Shown in pieces: positions 37,085 to 50,094 of a DNA stretch of 64,000 bases. Below the pieces are notes generated by a model that ran no database searches, had not been told where the DNA came from, and worked only from the letters and a program-made list of their open reading frames with translations. Location of the stretch: positions 117,800,001 through 117,864,000 of the forward strand of contig OZ024742.1 in assembly GCA_964016885.1 (NCBI GenBank), read 5' to 3'. The stretch's first letter is position 1. The number at the start of each line of letters is the position of its first letter. A program made the translations under genes and the position numbers. The DNA comes from Eledone cirrhosa (taxonomy: Eukaryota).

Positions 37085-37740
37085 AACATGAGAAGAAAGA
37101 AGAATACTGCGTGGTTGCACATGGGTTACATATGATAAAAATAGTCCTTCGTCAGTGATTTTCCAACCATCATTGGTATTTCATCGCATTAAAAATCATA
37201 TACCTCAGGTTGGTGCGAGCAATAGCTAGATAAAGCTATTGGGACAAGTAAATCGCGTAAAGCGAGTGAGACAAGTAAACAACATAGAAGGATGAAAGCA
37301 ACGCAAAGATAGGAATAAACAAGCAACATGGTTATCCGGTCAGCATAAGCTGGGTGGATTTCATGAGCGATCGGGATACAGACCGTCCGACGTGAGTGAG
37401 ATGTGAGCAAGAAGAGAACCCACTACAAGCCAAACGGGAGGAAGTGAGAAGGGGAGAAACAGAGAGTGAGTGAGTGAGTGGAAGTGCGAGGAAGAGGTCA
37501 GTCGAGAGAAAGTGTAACTGACAGAGGGGAGAAATAAGGTGAGAGCAACATATAGAACGGAGAAGCAGTAAGAGAGAAACAGACAAACGCAGCCGAGGTA
37601 AATATATATAAAAAACATGAGAAGAAAGAAGAATACTGCGTGGTTGCACATGGGTTACATATGATGAAAATAGTCCTTCGTCAGTGATTTTCCAACCATC
37701 ATTGATATTTCATCGCATTAAAAATCATATACCTCAGGTT
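37079..37740 (-). mobile_element. Non-autonomous element with about 130-bp terminal direct repeats (partial tandem)
   Basis: 37079-37210 is near-identical to 37609-37740. Each repeat contains CTGACGAAGGAC, and the element abuts (TA)n. Confidence 0.75.
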
Positions 37741-38587
37741 ATTAAAACTTTAGTTCTTGTCTGATAACCCTGTGATAAACAGGCCTACATAAAATGGTGG
37801 GGAGAGTAAACTCTCTTCGATTTTCGCGAATCACACTGGTGATCCCGTCAAAATGTCATCTGGAGTGTATCTAATGGTAGTGATATTGGACAGAGAGTGA
37901 CTTAAGGATGTAAGCTGGAATTATAATCCCGCGTATAATCAAATATTCATGTATGTGTGTGCGTGTAATATACAGATATTCTGAGGAAAGCAAGCTGAGG
38001 ATACAAACGTGATGCTTGTTTATTATTAATGTCAAAGAATATTTCATCAGACAGGGACTCGATGTTTATTTGAGATAATTGTATATTTGGATTAAGCCGT
38101 TTATTAAGCGACTTGAACTGAGTATATAATAAACACACACATCCACCCACACATCCACCCACACAGTAAATATGATCTTATCAACATACAGGCATTACAA
38201 ATTCATAAGGTGTTTTACTGAATTACACACTCAGCACCCCTATATATATATGCGTGTATATGTATAGATGCATATATATATATATATATGCATTTATACA
38301 TATACATACGCATATATATATATATATGTGTGTGTGTGCATATATACATACACACATACAAACACAGATATTATTCATATAGACATATGCTCCCGGCTTT
38401 TAAGCATGAATACAAAATAAACAAAGGAGATATTGGCATTAATTGTTAAAATACCTTTTGTGTGTATGAGGTGTAGGCATTTAGAAACCGGAAAAGGAAG
38501 TTTGCGGCAAGAGAGACAACTGACACATAAACAGGGATATTTTGAAGAAAGTTTTCATGGCTGACGTAGTCTTAAGTTATGTGTAGT

Positions 38588-38648
<61 letters not shown>

Positions 38649-38652
<4 letters not shown>

Positions 38653-39136
38653 TATTGGTGCTCTGAAATAGCGATGTATAGTATATTTGGCAATATACCG
38701 TATGTTTAATTAAAAACATTTAGATCATTCGCTATCGGTTTTAAAGTAGTGACTATGTCACTTAATTATTTATTTACGGCAAAGGTAGGGAGATAGGCTG
38801 ACTGTCTGTTTCTCGCTGGTTGGCGTTTATCAAAATCACTCACTACCCTGCCTTTCGGCAATCGCTCTGTGTAATCACCTCCTGATTATTACTGGAATGC
38901 TATAAGAATCCAGCTTCTATAATTCTCGACAAAGGCAGGGGAGTGCGTGGTTTTGATAAACGCCAACCAGTGAGAAACAGACTGTCAGCCTCTCTCCCTA
39001 TCTTTGCCGAAAATAAATGAGTAAGTGACATAGTAACTACTTTAAAACCGATTGCGAATGGTCTTCTAAACGTTTTTAATTAAATATACGGTATATTGCC
39101 AAATATACTATATATACATCAGAGCAACAATACTAA
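38649..39136. mobile_element. Foldback MITE with about 200-bp imperfect TIRs, in (TA)n
   Basis: TTAGTATTGGTGCTCTGA...CCCTGCCTTT is mirrored by AAAGGCAGGG...TCAGAGCAACAATACTAA. TA runs flank both sides. Confidence 0.88.
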
Positions 39137-40245
39137 TATATATATATATATATATATCAATGAACAATTATAATTCTCATCATCATCATTTCCCGTATAA
39201 ATACAATAGAACCTCAGTGTCTGAATATGGCTTTCATGGAAAATAAAACTGCAGTCAATCAAATCTATCCTCACAATTTCACGACCGAAAATTCCTTTAA
39301 TGATGCTCGGTCATGAAAGCAAGCAAGGGAAGTAACTGATATACTTGGTTGATCGAAACTTTTTCAGACAATTCAGAGGGAATGTGCCTTCTCCATAATC
39401 TAACGGGTTTCGATCGTATTAGGTCTCCCTCAGCGAATCATATTCACTGGGCAAGTTGGCCTTACAAGAAAGGTCAAATAGGGAAAGAGATAAAATTAAT
39501 GCGTTGATTATGCATATATATAAATTAAAGTGGTAGAAAAGCCAGGAACCACCATAAAATCCCTGATCAGCAAAACCTACCCTTTTAAGAAAACCAACTG
39601 TACCAATAGGAAATGTATCATATGTAAGGTAAAGCCCCGGATAAACTGTAAAACTAGAAACGTAGTCTATAGCATAAGATGTACAGAGGGTACTTGCAGA
39701 AACATGACAACAACATACATAGGTGAGACAGCTCGTAGCATAGGTGAAAGGATAGACCAACACTGGGGGAATTAAAAGGACGAAAAAACGGATCAGTACT
39801 ATACGAACATGCTAGACAACAACATGACGGTAACATAGACAACATAGAAATTAGAATAATATCTAAACATAGAAATGACCCAGCAGATAGGCAAATCAGA
39901 GAGGCCAGTGAAATAGAAATTAGAAAACCAAGACTAAACAGAAAGAATGAATGGAATAACAACAACACCCAAACAAACAACACTGACCTAAGAGAAGTAT
40001 AAATAAGTAAATAAAATAAAATAAATAAATAAATAAATAAATAAATACACAAGCACAATAACAACAAGCACATAAACACACACTAGTCACCCATCACACA
40101 GCAAACAAAACACTATACACACACGCAAACGCATGCGCAAAGAAGACAAAATAAAATAAACAAACAAGCAAATAAATAAATAAATATATAGACAGACTGA
40201 ATAAAAATGGCGTAGACATACAATACAACAGGAGGAAACGATAGC

Positions 40246-40287
40246 ACCACTGACGATGTTGCAGATGTGCAACGAAAGATTTATGAT
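40246..40287 (+). ncRNA. Minimal type I hammerhead in the 5' pseudo-LTR
   Basis: ACCA CTGACGA t GTTGCA gatg TGCAAC GAAA GATT TA TGAT. Stem I is weak (one mismatch). Confidence 0.7.
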
Positions 40288-40470
40288 AAACTATATATAT
40301 GTGTTTGTGTCTATATTGTATCTGTATTATTTTTGACCGTCGGTCAGTCAATGGCAACATTGAGGACCGAGTAAGTTAGATTACCGATATAAAAGACACA
40401 GAAGCGAGAAGCGAAAACCAACCAAACAATGAGTGTGTTCTGTTATTAATTCTGGCAATATTACACAAAT

Positions 40471-43400
40471 ATGACCCTCCCCAAGTATAACAATATTTGT
40501 TTCGACACACGATTTCATATAAAAAACCTCGCAAAACTAATTCATCGCCGCTATGGCATTAACTTGTGCCAAGCTGAAAGGTTATTGAAAGACACTGTTT
40601 TCTGTTATATAAAAACTACAATAACAACAGAACAAATCCGCTTCTTAAAACACTGTGTTTCCTCCAAAATATACACAACAAACATATCAAAACAAGTAAA
40701 TAATTTATTATTGAACAAAACACAAGCTGAACGACTAAAACACACAATAACAGTTAATATGAAAAGAACAACATACACAAAAGTCAACGAACTTTACAGA
40801 CAGAAACGCATTAACGGTAAGGAAGTCCGAAATCTCACCACACCGAAACGAATGCAATAGGCATTTCAATAAGAAATTAGAATGGATGAATAAGAAAAAA
40901 CTACAAGAAAGGAAAATAGAATATTCTCAAAAATACCCACATCAACAATATCCGTATGACTGATGTAAAACTACCGGAAGAATTTACCAATGACCACACA
41001 GTAAATATTTATGGGAACACTTTAATCAGTGAACAAGAACAACAGATCCTGCGGCTACCACCAAAATTTGCCATCTACAAAAAGATTAACCCTATGGAGT
41101 GCAAAACGGAGCTGGAAAGTGTTTCACAAAAATACGTTGGAATGCAAAGGTTAACAACAACAACAACAACAACAATAATAACGGTAGTAGTAATATAAAC
41201 AATAACTCTGAGTATAGAAATAACAGCCATAACAATAACAATAGCAGGAAAGTGAGAAATAGTAATAATGGTAATAATACTAACGATAGACAGAACAACA
41301 ACAACCACAATAATAATAATAATAGAAACATTAACCACAGACACAGCAGCAGCGACCACAGTAGTAATAACGGTAACAATACGAACAACAACAACAATAA
41401 CCACAGTGGTAATAATGGAAATAGTACATGTAGCAACATCAATGATAGACACAACAAAAACAAGAAACATAATAAAAGTAACAACCACAATGGTAGAAAT
41501 AACAGTAACAACAACAATAACGGTGAAGTAAACAACAATACATCTAGCAATCATAACAATAATAATAATGCTAATGATAGAAACAACAACAACCACCATG
41601 ATAACAATAATAGCAACACACACAACTATGACGATAGATATAATGACAACCCCTTAGAGAAACTATTTTTCAACCCAGCTGACAAAACATATAAGATGGG
41701 TAATATCTATCCTACGAGGTTACCCTTTAATAAAAGAGTTTGCATACCACAACAAATAGATGACGAGACAGAGGCACAGTTCACCATAGCTAGAAATAAG
41801 ATTAGACAAATAGTAGACAGGTATACTAAGAGACAGAGCAGACCAGAGGCCCAACAACTTGGGAGGAAACCTGTAGAAGGCTTGGTTAGCCTCAAGCAGC
41901 GCACAAGGGATGGTGAGGTTTGTATGTCTACCCACGGATAAGTCTGGTAGGATGTCAATAGATAGCATGCCGAACTACATCAAGGCTATGCAACCCCACA
42001 TTACCAACACGAGCGAAATTGCACAACAAACACACGATGGGAGAGAGAAAATCCTCAACGCTCACATGATGATGTGGACTGACATCCTAAAGCCAAGCAG
42101 ACGCACTGCCAACAACTTCCAGGCGTCTAACAATGGCATACCACCCTTGTATGGGCTCTGCAAAGACCACAAGATAGTCGACGACCCGACAACAGGACCA
42201 CCAACAAGACCCGTATGCGGAGCTAATATAGCTAGTAACTACAGGATCTCCTACTTCCTCTCAATGGTTATACGCCCATAATCAAGATGTCCCCAGATGT
42301 ATGTGACAGTACAGAGGACCTCCTCAGCAGAATCAGTGAGTGCAACAAAAACAGGAACCTATCCAACTGCATAATAGGCAGCATGGATGTGGTGTCACTG
42401 TACCCATCCATTAACATTGATTTTGCTGTGAAAAGATGTGTGGAGGTGATCATTGAGAGTGAGGTGGAGTTCTGCGACGTCGACACAGACGAACTGGGCC
42501 TCCTACTTAGACTTACCTACGACACTGACCACCTAGACAGCCATGACCTTAGACGTTTCTGCCCTAGTAGACCTATAAGAGGTAGACCCCCCACCATAAC
42601 CTCAATGGCAAAAAAGACTCCCATGGGAAGGTGGATTGGGTGGACCAAAGCTATACGGACCCCCCAAAACAATGATCAGGTAAGAAAAATGGTCGCACAT
42701 GCAATAGGGGCTAGTATCAAAACTACCCTAAAGGGCCACCTATTTAAGTTCAACGAGAAGATCTACACCCAAAATGAGGGAGCAGCCATTGGCGTCAGCA
42801 TAGCTGGTGATGTTGCCAACCTTTTCATGGTATGGTGGGAAAGGAGACTTAAAGATCTCCTTAATGAGAGCTCCATAGACCTCATCATGTACTCTCGTTA
42901 TGTAGACGATATCAATATAGTTATAAGAACATCCCCACTAGAGAGCACTAACAAGTTTGATTTAGAACGTAGCACGTTGGAAAGCATCCAGCAGATAGCT
43001 AATTCCATACACAGAGTATAACTGTAACTATCGACTTCCCTTCCAAACACCCTAACAATAGACTACCTGTATTAGACACAGAACTCTGGATTAACACTAT
43101 AGACGAGAGAGCCCAAATTCTCCACTCACACTATGCTAAACCCATGGCCTCCAAATACCTGATACTCAAAAACTCAGCAATGTCCAGTAGTGCTAAGTTT
43201 AATATTCTGATCGCAGATTTGGTACGAGTGATGAAGAATGTGTCCCGCATGTGCGACCCAACAGAAATGGAAAGACACATCCAACACTTCATAAACCGCA
43301 TGCAGTTCTCTGGCTACAACCAAAGAGACAGAGTCAGAGTATACGAAGGAGCCATGGAGAAGTATAAGACCCTCATAGAACTGGACATGAAAGGAATTTG

Positions 43401-44055
43401 CCCATTATACAGGAGCAAATCATGGAATAGCTTAGATAGGGCTACACATAAGATAGGGAAAGCCACCTCATGGTACGACAACCAGAGATACCAGAGTGTC
43501 ATGTTTGTGGACGCTACCCCTGGAGGGAAATTAGCTAACCAGTGTAGAAAGGCCCTGAGAAAGACCTACTTAAAAATTAAGGTGGTAGAAAAGCCAGGAA
43601 CCACCATAAAATCCCTGATCAGCAAAACCTACCCTTTTAAGAAAACCCACTGTACCAATAGGAAATGTATCATATGTAAGGTAAACTCCCGGATAAACTG
43701 TAAAACTAGAAACGTAGTCTATAGCATAAGATGTACAGAGGGTACTTGCAGAAACATGACAACAACATACATAGGTGAGACAGCTCGTAGCATAGGTGAA
43801 AGGATAGACCAACACTGGGGGGAACTAAAAGGACGAAAAAATGGGTCAGTACTATACGAACATGCTAGACAACAACATGACGGTAACATAGACAACATAG
43901 AAATTAGAATAATATCTAAACATAGAAATGACCCAGCAGATAGGCAAATCAGAGAGGCCAGTGAAATAGAAATTAGAAAACCAAGACTAAACAGAAAGAA
44001 TGAATGGAATAACAACAACACCCAAACAAACAACACTGACCTAAGAGAAGTATAA
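40471..44055 (+). pseudogene. Penelope ORF (N-terminal domain with poly-Asn, RT, GIY-YIG), several stops/frameshifts
   Basis: PTDKSG, LYGLCKDHK, PTRPV, SMDVVSLYPSI, GAAIG, YSRYVDDI. Cys linker followed by RNVVYSIRC...YIGET...EH...REA.EI...LN. Confidence 0.9.
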
Positions 44056-44298
44056 ATAAGTAAATAAAATAAAATAAATAAATAACTAAATAAATACATA
44101 CACAATCACAATAACAACAAGCACATAAACACACACTAGTCACCCATCACACAGCAAACAGAACACTATACACACACGCAAACGCATGCGCAAAGAAGAC
44201 AAAATAAAATAAACAAACAAGCAAATAAATAAATAAATATATAGACAGACTGAATAAAAATGGCGTAGACATACAATACAACAGGAGGAAACGATAGC

Positions 44299-44340
44299 AC
44301 CACTGACGATGTTGCAGATGTGCAACGAAAGATTTATGAT
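44299..44340 (+). ncRNA. Minimal type I hammerhead in the 3' pseudo-LTR
   Basis: Identical to 40246-40287. Confidence 0.7.
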
Positions 44341-44760
44341 AAACTATATATATGTGTTTGTGTCTATATTGTATCTGTATTATTTTTGACCGTCGGTCAG
44401 TCAATGGCAACATTGAGGACCGAGTAAGTTAGATTACCGATATAAAAGACACAGAAGCGAGAAGCGAAAACCAACCAAACAGTGAGTGTGTTCTGTTATT
44501 AATTCTGGCAATATTACACAAATATGACCCTCCCCAAGTATAACAATATTTGTTTCGACACACGATTTCATATAAAAAACCTCGCAAAACTAAATATATA
44601 TACATATATACATATAGTTTGTTGATCAAGGAGTACAACTTGAAAAGCAACAAAGGATTAACTAACGCCGAGCTCTTTCCGTTCCGACAGCAATATTATC
44701 CCAAGTATCGTGTTCTCTGGTGAATAATGTGCTTACTAGTTTAAAACTGGTAAAATCCCG

Positions 44761-44843
<83 letters not shown>

Positions 44844-44972
44844 GTAGTTTAGAAAGCCACAACAATGCAGATGGGAAATCTCGAGGTAAGAAGTGAGTGA
44901 GAAATAGGAGAAAAGTGAAAATGAAAATGAAAACAAAACAAAGGTAGAAGGGTTACCGTAGTGGAGATTTAA

Positions 44973-45008
44973 TCCCAATATTTCGGGCTAACGCCCATCA
45001 ACGGGGGA
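44973..45008 (-). ncRNA. Degenerate type I hammerhead
   Basis: TCCC ccgttga t GGGC gtta GCCC GAAA TA TT GGGA: stems intact, CUGANGA core mutated. Confidence 0.5.
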
Positions 45009-45353
45009 AAGTTCCATATATAATGAACACAAGAATTCATTCTCCAGTCTCCTTCTTAACAAGGAAGATGAAAAAAAACTTACCTCTTAATTTTGAATCT
45101 TTAATTTTTAGTTTTTAATTCTTATTAATTATTTTTAATTGTAATACTCAATATTTGATAAGATGAATTTTAATAATACACCGAAACCGGTAATACTTTA
45201 TATACATTATAAAACTCTTTTTTAAACGAATTGTCCCTTTCATTTTTTCAATAATGTCATCTTTTCAATAATGTCACTTTGACGAATAAAAGAAAGGAAA
45301 AAAAAGAAAACAGACCCTAAAAATATAATATTTTCCGTGCTATTTCCAACTTC

Positions 45354-45482
<129 letters not shown>

Positions 45483-45531
45483 TAATAAAGTAATGAATAA
45501 ACAAAGAAACAGTTCCTTATATTAAAAAAAT

Positions 45532-45673
45532 TCATCATTTTACGATCGTTTCTAGGATTTATATGTGTTAGTGTTGGTATGCATATTCTATAGATCTATG
45601 TAAAATATTTATACAAACTATCAGAGGGAATATACATACTTACACATATATATGCTGTCTTCAGAAATAATGA
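45532..45673 (-). ncRNA. Type I hammerhead with an approximately 100-nt stem II
   Basis: TCATTATTT CTGAAGA [long hairpin] GAAA CGATCG TA AAATGATGA: 9-bp stem I and a palindromic stem III (ACGATCGT). Confidence 0.7.
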
Positions 45674-46360
45674 TATTTGTTTATTGAAAAGACAAAGATT
45701 TAATACAATAGGTCTGTATGGGAACAGGTTTTGAATTGACCAATAGAAAGAAAGTGAGGGTCAAGATAGCAATCTAGTAGTAAGAGAACCTTAATTTATG
45801 GGTAGAGGAAGGTAGATTTCAGTTTTGGATGGAAAAGAATATTATGAATGAAAGAATATTTTAGGGATGAAAATAGGTCGTATGCTGACCTCAGAAATAA
45901 TTATATTTGTTCATTGAATAAAACCAACAAAGATTTGATATAGTCTGTCTGTTTGGTAACAGGTTTAGAATTAACCAATAGAAAGTTAATAATTGGCCAA
46001 ATGGTAAAATAGTAGTAATTGAAGTTTATTTTAGGGGTAGATGAAGGTAGAATTCAGTTTTGAATGGAGTGTGAAGAATGAGAAGGTTATTTTAGGGGTT
46101 AAAATAGGTCAGGTCAGTAAAAGGTATACGAACAGTTGCTGTTATAAAATAGTAATGCCAATGCAAATATCTAAGGAGACTAAAATTTTACGATAAGAGT
46201 GTTAGTGAAAAAAATACATCCATGAAAAGAATATAAATTAATTTAATTGATGGGTATATTTATATTGATAAAATTATACTAATGCATATAGATATGATAA
46301 ATAAGAGTTAGATGTAGTTGAAGAGTGCTGTTAAAGATGAGGGGAAATTAAAAGAATACA

Positions 46361-46415
<55 letters not shown>

Positions 46416-46451
46416 TTATATACACATATATACATACATATACACACACAT

Positions 46452-46484
<33 letters not shown>

Positions 46485-46771
46485 CATATATATACACACA
46501 TACATACATTTATATATACACACATACATACACATACATATAATTATTGGGGGGGGGGGGGAATTAAATTTATAATAAATATATAGAGATTTCAATGAAC
46601 ATAGAGTCATACCCTGAAATTAAAACATTATATGTTTACTTAATGGTATCAGTTTTAGGAAATGATATTTGTAAGAAGGAAAGTAAAATTATGTAGTTCG
46701 TCAGTAGTAGAATATTAATTATAGGTTAACTAAATTAAAAACAGTTTATATGTTAATTTCTAAGATGTATA

Positions 46772-47296
46772 TTAATTAGGTTTATAATATTTAAAGGTTT
46801 TTCTCAGTTTGTGATTACACGATATTATTAATTCCTGTAACTTATTTAATAGGATATCCTTAGATTTCATTATTTCAAAAAGTTCTTGGGAACATAATCT
46901 ACATTCATATCTATTATTTTGATAAGGGGTGGCCCTTTTGAGCACACTCCAGGTCAGGTCATAATTTATATTCCTCTTTCTATAATTATTAATTAATTCA
47001 GCTAGAGATGTTGTATTAGCTAGTGCGGCATTTTTAAAGCTATGTTTGTGGGTATTAAATGTTACCTTAAATTTGTTAGAGGTAGCTCCTATATATGAAT
47101 AAACTGAGTCTTTAGTGTTAACTTTACATTTATATACTATGTTATTAACAAGGCAATTTCCTTTTAATGGGCAGTTTGCCTTGTTTCTACAGTTACAACT
47201 TTTCTTGAATCCTGTATCCGAGGAGATATTATGGTTAGTTTGATGTACTGGTGGTATACTCATGGTTTTTTTTACATTTATATGCATTGTAGGCAC
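46772..47296 (-). CDS. Penelope-type GIY-YIG endonuclease domain (fragment)
   Basis: CNCRNKANCPLKGNCL..NIVY...YIGAT...CRLC.QE...LN. Confidence 0.8.
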   Translation of the reverse strand: MPTMHINVKKTMSIPPVHQTNHNISSDTGFKKSCNCRNKANCPLKGNCLVNNIVYKCKVNTKDSVYSYIGATSNKFKVTFNTHKHSFKNAALANTTSLAELINNYRKRNINYDLTWSVLKRATPYQNNRYECRLCSQELFEIMKSKDILLNKLQELIISCNHKLRKTFKYYKPN

Positions 47297-47686
47297 TTAT
47301 ATTTTGTTTTATGTTTTGGGTTGTTGAGTAGGAGAATTTAACCGTTGATCTATTTAAAATTTATATATCCTAGAAACGATCGTAAAATGATGAATTTTTT
47401 TAATATAAGGAACTGTTTCTTTGTTTATTCATTACTTTATTAATTTATCTTGACTCTGTTTTCCGTTAATTTTCACCGAAAATAGTTTTTGAATGCATCT
47501 TCTCTTTTCATGATATCCGGATTACATTGAGTTCTACATACGGATTGGACACTACCGTAAATTTTTGGTAGATTTATCTACATATATATATATATATATA
47601 TATTTATTCAGGTTTGTGGTTCACCACTGTATAGAGCTGGTCTATTCCGTATGGATTTACACAAATCCAGCCTCCTGTCATTTCAT

Positions 47687-47773
<87 letters not shown>

Positions 47774-47825
47774 AGTGAAGTTACAGGAGCACAAAAATGT
47801 TGAATTTCCTTAATTATATATTTCT

Positions 47826-47895
47826 GCAAATACTATGCACATTTCAGTGGCCAGGTTGCGTAAGAACCTGGTGACATCTTCAGATGTAAATTGCG
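47826..47895 (-). ncRNA. Degenerate hammerhead-like motif
   Basis: CTGAAGA tgtcaCCAGGTT cttacgc AACCTGGccact GAAA TGTGCA TA. Stem I is imperfect. Confidence 0.45.
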
Positions 47896-48374
47896 TAATA
47901 GATGTATACCAACGGAAAAAAGGTAAACTTTAAGGAAACACCGAAAAAAAACAAAGAAAAATAGTGAAGAAAAAATGTGCTTTGTTTTTGTTTTTTGTAT
48001 ATATATATACCGTATCAGATGGCATAAGACGCATTTTTTTCAAAAGATTTCCCAGAAAATCACTCTGCATCTTATAAAGTCATGGGTAAGTTTGGGTTAC
48101 TGGCTAGTGGAGTTCTAGCGCTGCAGTTGCCCTTAAATTAAACAGCAAAAAACTCTGTAAATGTAAACAAGGTGTGAAGAAAGAGAGGTGAAAATGAGGA
48201 GTGGGAGGATGAAAAGGCGGAGGAGAAAAGAGAGAGACACACATTCATTCAAATACAAAAAATATACATACGTTCAGCCACAGACCTTCAAAATACATAT
48301 ACATACATATATATCTACACACCCATGTATACACACCCACCCATATATACATATATATAGATATAGCGAAATTG

Positions 48375-48550
48375 ATAGAGGTTCGGATAAAATGTCATTG
48401 GGGTATTTATTCTGTCTCTTTACATTCCGAGTTCAAATCCAGCTGAGATCATCTTTGCTTTCATCTTTTCGAGGTCGATAAAATAAAGTTCTGAGGTTGA
48501 TTTAAACAACCTTTTCCTTCTACACAATGTCTGGCCTTAAGCCTAAATTA
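48375..48550 (+). mobile_element. Degenerate SINE copy
   Basis: GAGTTCAAATCC...TTTGCTTTCATCTTTTCGAGGTCGATAAAATAAAG. Confidence 0.65.
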
Positions 48551-48861
48551 GAAATCAACATAAGAATATTAGACGTTATATATTTGTAAACAACTGTTTT
48601 TAGATAGAAGCCCCCGCACCACACATACACACAAAAACAATCAACGGACCAACTAAACAAGCGACAAGAGGAGAGCGTTGAGTTAAGTGTCAATATGGCA
48701 GATAAACATTTATATAAAGTTTATAGAAAGCAGCTGCAAACATAGTGAAGTGTAAATAGTTGCATTTTTCCGGGCAGGAAAGAAATTTGCGTGTTAATTC
48801 CCATGTATGTACTTGTACACTTTCATTCTTATTTTTTTTATAAATGTATAAAGTTTATCAT

Positions 48862-48927
<66 letters not shown>

Positions 48928-49052
48928 CATACATACATACATACATACATACATACATACATACATACATACATGCATACATACATACATACATACATAC
49001 ATACATACATACATACATACATACATACATACATACATACATACATACATAC

Positions 49053-49738
49053 GTACAATGCAATCCGTAGAAAAGATAGCCTCGACAATAAACACATTAA
49101 AAGCTACAGCTGAAAGAGTACTGGTGAAATGTTAGAGTCAAAACCCCAATAAAATACAAGCATAGCAGACCAGATAAAATTATATGGGACAGGGAAAAGA
49201 AGGAATGCACAGTAGTGGAAGTTAGTTGCCCAGCAGATGCCAATATAATACTAAAGATTAGCGAAAAGGAGAATATCTATGCAAAACTAATGAGAAATCT
49301 GCAGATACTCCACCCTGACTATACCTTCAGATTTATACCTGTGATTATTGGGGCACTGGGATATGTTAGTAACTACCTCAATACAAATCTTGAGAAGCTG
49401 GGCTTCACAGAAACAGAAAGAACACGATTAGTTAGGAAATTACAAGTACAATCCATTAATGGAACAGTAAAAATATGTAAAACATTAAAAAAATCCTGCA
49501 TATAATAAGTGTATGTACATATGTACAGTTACAAAACATGCACATGCCCACATATAATTCAAAACACACATCCACACATACAATAACATACATACCAGCA
49601 CATACGAAGGCATGCAGACATGCATACATATCTACCTAGTTGATGTGTAAATTTCAATGAAAGAGTCTTGTGTCTGTTAGAAACCGACTCTTTCTCTCTC
49701 TATTGGTAAACATTTATAAAACCAGATGAACATACATA
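49053..49738 (+). mobile_element. R4-like 3' fragment between (CATA)n tracts
   Basis: VEVSCPADANI...VIIGALG...TVKICKT, with 3' end ACCAGATGAA CATACATAC. Confidence 0.8.
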
Positions 49739-49774
49739 CGTACAGTTACACCCACACACAAACTCACACACGTA

Positions 49775-50094
49775 TGTATGTTCTTCTGGTTTTATAATTT
49801 CCCAATTTTTTTCCCAATAGAGAGAGAGTCGGTGTAATCAGGGTGGAGTATCTGCAGATTTCTCATCAGTTCTGCATAAATATTCTCCTTTTCGCTAATC
49901 TTTGATATTATATTGGCATCTGCTGGGCAGCTAATTTCCACTACTGTGCATGCTTTCTTCTCCCGGTCCCATATCATAATATCTGGTCTGTTATGCTTGT
50001 ATTTTCTGGGGGTTTTACTGGAACATTCCACCAGTACTCTTTCATATTATGTACATGGATGTCTTCCACATTGTAGCTTTTAATGTGTCTAATA
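49775..50094 (-). mobile_element. R4-like 3' fragment, internally deleted, split by Chapaev3 (continues at 52376-52400)
   Basis: KHNRPDIMIWD..VVEISCPAD. The sequences on the two sides of the Chapaev3 rejoin to match about 49067-49108. Confidence 0.75.

Larger units (their letters stand above)
39522..44593 (+). mobile_element. Penelope-like element with about 1.02-kb pseudo-LTRs (partial tandem)
   Basis: 39522-40540 is repeated at about 43575-44593 (offset 4053). The interior encodes a PLE-type RT and GIY-YIG endonuclease. Each repeat holds a hammerhead, and the flanks are TA-rich. Confidence 0.93.

Noticed and set aside
39522-44593. LTR retrotransposon interpretation of the 1-kb direct repeats
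   Set aside because: The repeats include the GIY-YIG coding end and lack TG..CA ends and gag/integrase, so they are Penelope pseudo-LTRs.
45150-45196. GAAACCGGTA with palindromic stem III, hammerhead-like
   Set aside because: No recognisable CUGANGA core or stem II; too decayed to call.
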